From positions 64,001 through 128,000 of IMG/VR virus record IMGVR_UViG_3300029305_001452: a stretch of 64,000 nucleotides of DNA. The stretch is one strand, 5' to 3'. Position 1 is the first letter of the stretch, and each line of letters opens with the position of its first letter. The notes beneath the pieces were generated by a model. That model had not been told where the DNA came from and made no database searches. It saw nothing but the letters and a program-made list of their open reading frames with translations. The position numbers and the translations under genes were made by a program. Source of the DNA: a virus (lineage: Duplodnaviria; Caudoviricetes). Below are positions 55,898-64,000 of the stretch, piece by piece.

Positions 55898-57675
55898 AAA
55901 TTTTCAATTTCTAACCTTAATTCATTTAACTCCTGCTGTAATGATTGACACTTTTTTGTTAACAACGGAATAAATTCAGTATATGTTAAAACATATTCTT
56001 GTCTATTATTGTTATTTATTTGTCCAATAATTCCAATCAAGTCGGCATTAAGTCCAGCATCAGATAATATACTTTCAACTTCTTGGGCAACAAAACCGTA
56101 GTGTGTTTTTCCATTAGTATCTTGTATTAACTCATATTGTATAGGTCTCAAACTATCCACGATGTCTATATCAATATCCTGAATGTTTTTCTTAACACGC
56201 TCATCAGATGACGTACTAAATCCAGATGGTCCAGTTGCGGTGCCATAAAATTTTGCATCCCATCTACACTCAAATAAATTATTTTGTGCAGCCATTTTAC
56301 CAATTGCAAAACCAGTACCGTCTTTTGTGATATTTAAAGCTCTAGACTCACCAAGCACAGATATATAAGACGAAGTTGCCGTGCCACCATATGAATCTAC
56401 AACCGTAATGTAAACTTTATAATCAAGTTTTTTATCTCCCTCATTAAGATTAATAAGGACACCGCTACTATATCCGTCTTTGGTGCTAGAATTATAATGT
56501 GCTGTTACCTGATAATTATTTGTATTATTTACGGAGGCGTGGTCTATACTGTATGTACATTTTAAATATGCTCCATTTACATCAGGGTTTTGTTCAGCAT
56601 CTGTTCTATACGCCTTAAATGATTTAATCTTAGGTGTATAATATTCATAACATGTTATAGATGCTGTGTCGGAATTTGTACGTCCTCTGTTATCTGTAAC
56701 AGTTACGGTATATTTCAATGTTCCACTATTAGATATTGGACCACCACGTGTTGACGTGCTTGTTGTAGTAGTTGAAATACCTGGACCAGAAAAGGTATAT
56801 GATTTTATACTACTTCCAGTTCCAGCAGAACAGCCAGATACGCTAACAGCTATTTTATTTTTTCCTTGAACTAATATGTTTCTACTTGTACCATCTTTTG
56901 TAGCAATATCAACAGGATTTAATGTTATTGCACCAACCCTAGGCACTATATCAGGTGGAACATTAACCGTAAAAGATTTTTGCACAGAGCTTCCAATTTG
57001 CGTAGAGTCGTTATGTGTTGTAATTCTACAATACGCAGTACAACTTACTGATGATGGCATTGCAGAATACCAACTGTCTTCTATTTTATAAGATTGTGAT
57101 GTTCCAACACCTGTATACTTTTTGTAATAAGTATTATTAATATAAAACTCAACAGTATGTGTAAAACTACTACTATGACTAGTAATATTTGCCGTAATTG
57201 TTCCACCAACATTTACACTTGATGTAGATAGTGATAATGATGATCCTCTTGGAATAGTAGACAGAGTAATTTTTTGTGTTGCATCAATAACACCACCATT
57301 ATAGCTGTTTGTATCATTTGTAAACTTAATATATATTTGTATTGTACTTGATCCAGTTCCATCAGAATTATGAGATATACTATTTGATTCCCATGGAAAA
57401 CCTGGTTTTTCGTCTACTATCATATCTGACCACGTGTCTTTGTTTGACCATGGCATTTGGTAATGGGCATACGTAGATGATTCATCTGCTACTGTTTTAC
57501 CACCAACTACAACTTTTATGGTAAGATATGAAACATATCCACCACTTGCTGTATTTTTTAATTGAATATTCTTAATTCGTAATTTCGAAGTATTAGATGC
57601 AGCATCAATATCAAATTCTTCATAAGTAACGAGAGCCTTAAAAGATTTACTACCTGTTAATTCAAAAGTTGCCAT
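55873..57675 (-). CDS. siphovirus tail fibre/minor structural protein (DUF859-like) with a C-terminal intramolecular chaperone (S74)
   Basis: LSTIPRGSS, VTVTDNRGR, SDERVKKNIQ..YGFVAQEV. Confidence 0.8.
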   Translation of the reverse strand: MATFELTGSKSFKALVTYEEFDIDAASNTSKLRIKNIQLKNTASGGYVSYLTIKVVVGGKTVADESSTYAHYQMPWSNKDTWSDMIVDEKPGFPWESNSISHNSDGTGSSTIQIYIKFTNDTNSYNGGVIDATQKITLSTIPRGSSLSLSTSSVNVGGTITANITSHSSSFTHTVEFYINNTYYKKYTGVGTSQSYKIEDSWYSAMPSSVSCTAYCRITTHNDSTQIGSSVQKSFTVNVPPDIVPRVGAITLNPVDIATKDGTSRNILVQGKNKIAVSVSGCSAGTGSSIKSYTFSGPGISTTTTSTSTRGGPISNSGTLKYTVTVTDNRGRTNSDTASITCYEYYTPKIKSFKAYRTDAEQNPDVNGAYLKCTYSIDHASVNNTNNYQVTAHYNSSTKDGYSSGVLINLNEGDKKLDYKVYITVVDSYGGTATSSYISVLGESRALNITKDGTGFAIGKMAAQNNLFECRWDAKFYGTATGPSGFSTSSDERVKKNIQDIDIDIVDSLRPIQYELIQDTNGKTHYGFVAQEVESILSDAGLNADLIGIIGQINNNNRQEYVLTYTEFIPLLTKKCQSLQQELNELRLEIENLKNNKGST

Positions 57676-57692
57676 ATTATTTCACCTCAATT

Positions 57693-60600
57693 CTATGTAG
57701 AAACAGCAAGTGACAAACTACCATCTTGCTCTATTTTCCAAACAAAACCAGTGGTTGTGCCTTGTTCATACATATTAATTTGTTGTTCAAATGTTGCGTT
57801 ATTTTCAAATTTTGTACCTCTTTCACCTTGGAATGTCGCATTTTGAATCGTAGCAGAATTATTGCCAATATGAACAACCTCAACATCGCTTATTTCTTGG
57901 CCACTCTGATTATAATCAACACTATGAAATCCCATTCTTGTTGAGTCGATATGAACATAAAATGGATTTGTTATATTACCATTTTCATGCGTGACCTTTT
58001 TCATAACCTTAATACCAGAGTCATCCCATTTAAAGCTTTCATTAACATTTATAATGGTATCAGTGATTGAGGATACTGCATCGACCCAGTTTAAATTTTC
58101 GTCCGCCTTTAATATACTTCCTGCGCCGTATGAGCCATATATTTCACCGTCTGAAAGAATCCATATGTCACCCATAGAATATTCGCTTGGCATTGATGTA
58201 TAAATTTTGCATCCATTTTGTTGGTCAAAATAAACCCATTCGTCATTATTGTACACCTTTAATACGTATGGCTCGATAGATGTATCTAACCACATTTGAC
58301 CGTCGCTTGCGCTAGATGGCTCAACGCTACTTATAATAGTAGAGGAATCTTTTATCTCTTCTATGTCTTTATTAACATTACCTATTTGGCTGTCAACATA
58401 ATCCTCTCTGGCATATCCGTTAATACTACTGCCGCCGCCCATAGTTACAGAGCCGTCTTCATGCACTTCAAATGCATAACTTCCATCGTCTTGCAATCCT
58501 ATTTTGATTGTACCGCCGACAATATCTGAACCCTCAATATATCCAGACAAAACCGCCTCTGCAATGAGTCCGTACATTTCTCGCTCGTCTATAATAAATT
58601 GTCCAAGACCAGCACGGGATGTTTTCCAACCATCATCAGTCATCAAAATCATATTATTAACTAAACGTGTTTGATGCCGGTCTGGAGAACCATCATCATT
58701 AAGCTTTTGCAATAGTATTCCATACTTATCAATAACAACGCCTTGTGTACCATCTATAGATTTGATTTGTGTCGTTGCGTCTAAAAGTCCCTGCTGTATT
58801 TTTAAATCAGTTGCAGTTGCCTTATCAGAGCCTCTTGTCCAATAGCTTGAATTTGTCGCAACAGATTTACCAGCGCTTATAGCCTGAGATAATAAGTCTG
58901 CATGAATATCTGACTGAGTTCTTAAACTTGTTAATTCACCAAACTCACATGAGAAATCTGAAAAGTCATCAAAATTAATACTTGCTTCCAACAATCTTGA
59001 TTGTTTAATGTAGTCTGATCGCAATCCAACTTTAATTACCTTGCCAAGCTGGAATTGATGAATAATAGGTTCAAATTCTTGCAAAGCATAAATATTTGCC
59101 ATGGTCATAGAAAATTGCAACTGTGGCTGACATAATTTCTGCAATTCAATTCTACCGCTTTCCATAGCGTCTTGTTTGACTTTAAAAGAACTAGATAAAT
59201 TATCTTGACTTGTTTCGATAATATCATCAAGATGCAATTCATCCTCACGTAAGAATGCACCAAGTCTAATTAATTGTCCTTCCGTGAAATTATTACTCAT
59301 TAAAAGACCATTGCTAATATCAGAGTTTGCCTTTTGAAAAGTATCTCTTTGTTTCTTATAGCCGGAAATAACCTTGTCTCTCTTAGCAATGGCAGAATTG
59401 ATGGAATTAATAAATAATACAACGGGATCATAATACCCATCATTTTCACTACTCTTTATAGACCAACCTGCTTCTATATTGGTTTCTTGAATAGTTTTAT
59501 ATGAAGCAAGATATAGCGTTGTTAATGGTGTTCTACCAACTTCATTCCACATTTCTCCTAAGAAATTATAAATAGCAGATTCTCTATCATTATCAGATGT
59601 AGCATTTTGAAGACCGTTAACAAGATATGATATTTTATATGTTTCCATAAATTTAAAACTATCAGATAATCCATTAATTTCATCTAATGCATTTTTAATT
59701 TTTTCATCTTGATTATGAAAATATGCGTAGTAATAATTCTTTAAAGCGTAATATAAATCGCTAACCTTTTCTTCATTTAGATTAGTGGTTGAATTTGAAT
59801 AATAATCTACGCCAACCCTATATTCGCTTGGCAAAGAAACCTCTGTATAATAGTAACTGCCATCAGAATTTTCTTGTCTAGTATAATATGTGCCCACCGT
59901 TCCACTATGAACACTACTCACTAAAGAATATTCGAGTGATAATCTATTTTCTTCATAAGAAATATAATCATTAAGCTTTAAAATTTCTTGTGAATTATTA
60001 GTGTATTCAGACTGAGCCAAATTTGATTTTTGCAAATATTTTGTATATGCATCATAAAGATCTTGTCCCATCCAATCCACCGTATAATAATATGACAAGT
60101 CGGTTAAATATGGGAGCCCTAAATTAACCTCACGAATATCATAATCGTCTCCGTAAGTAACAGTAAGAACCGTTTTAATCGCGTCAGCGTCATAATTAAT
60201 ATTAACCTCTTGCGCAAGATTATCAAAAGTTACAAACACATCTGTTTCCCATTCTGTTAACGCTCCGTCAATAACCTCAATACGGGCTCCGGATTCAGGA
60301 ATATCTTCTAAAATTAACGAACCGGTTGATGAATTATATTTCCATCTTGTAGTCTTATATCCGTCAATGGACACGGTATTAATTTGTTCAAATGGTGGAG
60401 AAATTGTATATGTATTAGTTTTACCATCAGCTATAAATTTTGCAGTTAATGACTCGGCGTAAATATTAATAGTGTTATTAATGGTATCGAATACAATATA
60501 ACAATTAAATTTTTCACAAACTTCATTCATTAAGAAGTCATAAACCGATTCCCTATCAACTTCGAATTGACGGCTAAGTGATTGTAGTTGTTTGTCTACA

Positions 60601-61118
60601 TGGCCTATTTTCCATCCATAAACTTTTTCTAATGCAAGATGCAACAAACTTAAATTTTTATTATTAGGGTTATATAAAGTAATGGGTATAATTTCCTTTT
60701 CAGATGGTGCATTAATTACTTCTATAGAGTCTGCCGTACCCCTATTTACATAAAAATTTTCAAGATATTTTTGTGACAATGTATATTCTAAACTATATGC
60801 CTTGCAAGACTTTTTTTCTTCAATTCCATTTGAAATTAGTTCTGGTCCTTGCAACTCAAAATAACCAAAATTTTCTAGTTCGATTAATCTTATTGCTTCT
60901 ATTTTATCATAAAATTTATTAACTTTTGTTTCTCCTTTTATAAGGTCGTTATAAGTTCTACCTACATCAAAAGATAATTCGCTATAAGAATTAAACTTAA
61001 ACGATCCACTCATATTACTTGTTTCTAATCTACATATTCTTTCTTTGTCTACTTCGCATAAATAGCAATTTGGTTTTGTATAAATTTCAGGTACAAGTAA
61101 GTTTTTTGGAAATCTCAT
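57693..61118 (-). CDS. large tail/baseplate hub protein
   Basis: 1141 aa, position after the distal tail gene. Confidence 0.65.
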   Translation of the reverse strand: MRFPKNLLVPEIYTKPNCYLCEVDKERICRLETSNMSGSFKFNSYSELSFDVGRTYNDLIKGETKVNKFYDKIEAIRLIELENFGYFELQGPELISNGIEEKKSCKAYSLEYTLSQKYLENFYVNRGTADSIEVINAPSEKEIIPITLYNPNNKNLSLLHLALEKVYGWKIGHVDKQLQSLSRQFEVDRESVYDFLMNEVCEKFNCYIVFDTINNTINIYAESLTAKFIADGKTNTYTISPPFEQINTVSIDGYKTTRWKYNSSTGSLILEDIPESGARIEVIDGALTEWETDVFVTFDNLAQEVNINYDADAIKTVLTVTYGDDYDIREVNLGLPYLTDLSYYYTVDWMGQDLYDAYTKYLQKSNLAQSEYTNNSQEILKLNDYISYEENRLSLEYSLVSSVHSGTVGTYYTRQENSDGSYYYTEVSLPSEYRVGVDYYSNSTTNLNEEKVSDLYYALKNYYYAYFHNQDEKIKNALDEINGLSDSFKFMETYKISYLVNGLQNATSDNDRESAIYNFLGEMWNEVGRTPLTTLYLASYKTIQETNIEAGWSIKSSENDGYYDPVVLFINSINSAIAKRDKVISGYKKQRDTFQKANSDISNGLLMSNNFTEGQLIRLGAFLREDELHLDDIIETSQDNLSSSFKVKQDAMESGRIELQKLCQPQLQFSMTMANIYALQEFEPIIHQFQLGKVIKVGLRSDYIKQSRLLEASINFDDFSDFSCEFGELTSLRTQSDIHADLLSQAISAGKSVATNSSYWTRGSDKATATDLKIQQGLLDATTQIKSIDGTQGVVIDKYGILLQKLNDDGSPDRHQTRLVNNMILMTDDGWKTSRAGLGQFIIDEREMYGLIAEAVLSGYIEGSDIVGGTIKIGLQDDGSYAFEVHEDGSVTMGGGSSINGYAREDYVDSQIGNVNKDIEEIKDSSTIISSVEPSSASDGQMWLDTSIEPYVLKVYNNDEWVYFDQQNGCKIYTSMPSEYSMGDIWILSDGEIYGSYGAGSILKADENLNWVDAVSSITDTIINVNESFKWDDSGIKVMKKVTHENGNITNPFYVHIDSTRMGFHSVDYNQSGQEISDVEVVHIGNNSATIQNATFQGERGTKFENNATFEQQINMYEQGTTTGFVWKIEQDGSLSLAVST

Positions 61119-61149
61119 AAATCAACCTCCTCTCTTAATCTTATTTTCT

Positions 61150-62202
61150 TTATATTTTATTCCAAAGCACTGTCTGCAACATTTCGCTCAACTTATCTTT
61201 ATCAACAGAACAAACAATCTCGCAAACTGTGTTGTCAATAAATTCTTCAATTTCCATTGCGCAATCTCCAATTTTAATTGGATATCTATAAGAAAAACTA
61301 ATAAGACCCTTTCCAGATCCGTCAATAACAAGTTCGTTAATGCCAGGAGCCAACTTTGGCCATACAAAGTTAAAGCTATTACCAAAAATTTTATTTGGCA
61401 CATCTGATATAATAAACTGTTCTGAGCTAAGTGTAATTAGTTCATTTTTTACCATACCTTTAATAATTGTTTCTTCATTTATTGTTTTATTTTTAATAGA
61501 AAGATAATCACTATTATCATTTTGGAAAACAGTGTCTAAATAAATTGGTGTGTATAAATCATCTGTTTGATTATCAATTTTCAAAACAGTAGAATTTTCA
61601 ATACATATAGTACCGTCGTTAGCTATCTGAAATAGACCTGCACCGCCATCTGTTCCATTATATAAAACACCACTTTCTGTAATGTCAAGTAATGCATCAT
61701 CTTCTCCCTTGCTTAATAAACCATTTTCATTTACTGATAATGCCTGACCAAATGAGCAGTTAAAAGTTTGTATGGACGAATACGCCCAAGGACTAACAGA
61801 TGTAAATTCTATTGATAAACCAATTGTTCTGGCATCTAGTTTATGTTGATAAACATTTGTAACACGGCCAAGAAATGAATATGCAGGATTGTGCTCAAGA
61901 ACTAAATCTAAATACGAAATATTACGAACGCCAGTTGTCCATCTTAAAAAATCACGCACATCTGACAATGAAAAATCTTTACCACTTTCTTTTATTACTG
62001 TTATTTTAATAACCGATACAGAATTAAATTTTGCACCATAATCAAATCTACGTGTTCCATCATATTTTTCTGTGTAAATTGGGTCCATTCCTAAAAAAGT
62101 ATCCATTTCTCCGTCGTCTGCATCAAAAGACGCAACGATAAGGTGTTTGTCAATTAGGCTATTAAACCCCATATAATTAAAACTAGGATAATAAGATGAC
62201 AT
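61150..62202 (-). CDS. distal tail protein (Dit-like)
   Basis: FNYMGFNS, SPWAYS, WPKLAPGINEL; follows the tape measure gene. Confidence 0.7.
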   Translation of the reverse strand: MSSYYPSFNYMGFNSLIDKHLIVASFDADDGEMDTFLGMDPIYTEKYDGTRRFDYGAKFNSVSVIKITVIKESGKDFSLSDVRDFLRWTTGVRNISYLDLVLEHNPAYSFLGRVTNVYQHKLDARTIGLSIEFTSVSPWAYSSIQTFNCSFGQALSVNENGLLSKGEDDALLDITESGVLYNGTDGGAGLFQIANDGTICIENSTVLKIDNQTDDLYTPIYLDTVFQNDNSDYLSIKNKTINEETIIKGMVKNELITLSSEQFIISDVPNKIFGNSFNFVWPKLAPGINELVIDGSGKGLISFSYRYPIKIGDCAMEIEEFIDNTVCEIVCSVDKDKLSEMLQTVLWNKI

Positions 62203-62237
62203 TAGGTCACCTCCTTATAAACTACTACATTAAAATA

Positions 62238-62261
62238 GGAGAGAGCCTTTCGACTCTCTCC
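62238..62261 (-). terminator. hairpin after the tape measure gene
   Basis: GGAGAGAG/CTCTCTCC stem, T-rich tail on the - strand. Confidence 0.55.
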
Positions 62262-62271
62262 ATAAACCTAT

Positions 62272-64000
62272 TTATCGAACCTTCGCTTTAATAGCATTAT
62301 TAAGCTGAGCCATATAATTGTCCATTTGCTTTTTAACAGCCTTAGTCAAATCTGGAATAGTGTCATTATTTACAGAATCAATATGTACTACCTCGGCAAT
62401 ACTCATATTAATTTCCGTAGTATTATTAACAACACTTGGATTCATACCGATTTGTGGCGTACTACGATTTAAAACTTCTGACGGATCTAGTTTGCCAAGA
62501 GCCATTAGATTTTCAGAAATATCGTTAGGAATTACGGCCGTGCCTTTGGTTAAATACTGCAATCTGCCATTTGGACCAGCGTGCATAACAAGTTCTTCGC
62601 CCAATTCATCAATCAATGCTAACTCGTTACTCTTTGTACCAAACGTACCCTTTGCATATGCTTTTACGTCGGACTTCTTAAACCAGCCAGTTGCGCCAGA
62701 CTTTAGCTTATGATGACGTACTAGTAGATATCCGTTTTTCTCTTGTAAAACAGTATATATTGGATCTGATGAGAAATACTGTTTACCACCACCGGTACCA
62801 CTAGAGGTTGCATAAATTCTAGCACTGCCAGCATTAATTTTACCACCAACAACGATTTGTTTTTCTTTTGGTTTTGTCTTATTGGTTGTCGTACTTGTTG
62901 TGGGTTTAGCAGAAGCAGGTTCTTTCTTAGCAGCGGCTGCATAACTTGCGTTTTCTTTGTTAATATTATTTAAGTTTATATTAGCAGTCTCAGCCATCTT
63001 ATCAATTACTTCTTGCCACTTGTTCTTTAGCGCCTCTAATTGATCCATGGTTGAACTCATAGCTGTATCAAATTTAGTTTGGTAGTCACTTACTGCAATT
63101 GATCCATCTTGCCATGGAGTCATAATCGCATCAGAAAGAGTTAAGTCATACTCCTGTGCTTTTGCGTTAAGAGTATCATAAATACCTAACGCATTTGCCT
63201 GTACGGTAGTAAGGCTATCAGCAACAACTAACTCTACATTTGTGAGATATTCTTCCCACTTTGTAAGCTCTGCATCTTTTTCTGCATTGAAATCTTCCAG
63301 TTCTTTATCTAGAGCAGTTTTCTTATCCTCAATTGAACGATTGTAATATGTGTCTTGTAATTCATACTGGGCTTCTGCGAGTTCAGCTTCTAATTGTTTA
63401 CGCTTTGCAGCTGCTGATAAAGAATTATCATTTGCCAAAGCAGCCAATTGACGCTCAATATCAGAAATATTCTTTTGTTGTTCCATTGTGGATTTTTGGA
63501 AGTCATAAAGGTCTTTTTCTGCATCTAGCTCTTCCTTCTTCTTCTCAATCAACTCTTCGTAAGCTTCAATTTCTTTTTCTATGCCGTTTTTAATTGAATC
63601 AATACGAGCTTCATTAAGTTCGACAATGGCGTCTTGAGCCTCATAGTATGCCTCAATATTTTCACACTGTGCTTCTTTTAGTTCGTTTAACTTTTCGGCA
63701 TATTCATTTTCACTATATAGACCCTTATTGAAATCAGCAGTTAAATCATCAATAGCTTCGGCATACTGTCTTGCGGTGTATTCCGCAATCTCCATTTGCT
63801 GTGCATGAAGACCAAGAGATGCCAATCCTTCATCTGTCCAATCCACATCATCAGCAGTCCAATATTCAACCGTTCCGCCCTTATATTTTCTCTTTTGTGG
63901 ATCAGTAATTAAATCATCACTATCCATAAGATCAATTAGGCTTTGAGTTTCATCCTTTAGATAATCAAGACGACTAATTAGCTGATCAAAGTTCTCCCAA
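62272..64000 (-). CDS. tail tape measure protein, C-terminal part (5' truncated by the window)
   Basis: long coiled coil, YAKGT..ELGEEL motif, SH3-like insert; frame stays open to the window edge. Confidence 0.8.
   Translation of the reverse strand, partial: WENFDQLISRLDYLKDETQSLIDLMDSDDLITDPQKRKYKGGTVEYWTADDVDWTDEGLASLGLHAQQMEIAEYTARQYAEAIDDLTADFNKGLYSENEYAEKLNELKEAQCENIEAYYEAQDAIVELNEARIDSIKNGIEKEIEAYEELIEKKKEELDAEKDLYDFQKSTMEQQKNISDIERQLAALANDNSLSAAAKRKQLEAELAEAQYELQDTYYNRSIEDKKTALDKELEDFNAEKDAELTKWEEYLTNVELVVADSLTTVQANALGIYDTLNAKAQEYDLTLSDAIMTPWQDGSIAVSDYQTKFDTAMSSTMDQLEALKNKWQEVIDKMAETANINLNNINKENASYAAAAKKEPASAKPTTSTTTNKTKPKEKQIVVGGKINAGSARIYATSSGTGGGKQYFSSDPIYTVLQEKNGYLLVRHHKLKSGATGWFKKSDVKAYAKGTFGTKSNELALIDELGEELVMHAGPNGRLQYLTKGTAVIPNDISENLMALGKLDPSEVLNRSTPQIGMNPSVVNNTTEINMSIAEVVHIDSVNNDTIPDLTKAVKKQMDNYMAQLNNAIKAKVR

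Noticed and set aside
55873-57675. Diversity-generating retroelement acting on the tail fibre
   Set aside because: No reverse transcriptase and no template/variable repeat pair seen in this window.

Overview
A 64-kb segment of a large, AT-rich tailed phage, most likely a temperate siphovirus or prophage of a Bacillota (Clostridia-like) host, with SPbeta-like gene order. The + strand (1-55862) carries, in order: (i) a replisome (SSB-like protein, AAA ATPase, DnaB, primase, RecJ, DnaE); (ii) an array of small accessory genes; (iii) a ~5.5-kb RNA island with about 16 tRNA or tRNA-like genes, including tRNA-Arg(TCT) split by an HNH-encoding group I intron, plus several unexplained structured RNAs; (iv) a methylation module (2-3 C5 MTases, metK, iscS); (v) three FETNSSS-motif genes plus a radical SAM enzyme; (vi) an RNA repair module (RNA ligase, nucleotidyltransferase, PNK-HD, Thg1); (vii) a six-gene NAD operon; (viii) ligA, nucleotide metabolism genes and a large serine recombinase. 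The - strand (55873-64000) encodes the distal tail module. Best leads: a DIP1984-like gene followed by a ~415-nt closed, possibly pseudoknotted RNA with 7-nt tandem repeats; the tRNA group I intron; a probable nicotinate-routed NAD pathway; the FETNSSS/radical SAM cluster; two paralogous inter-tRNA elements that each contain a 15-codon micro-ORF; and two dispersed DNA motifs. All calls come from reading the sequence by eye; no searches or folding programs were run.
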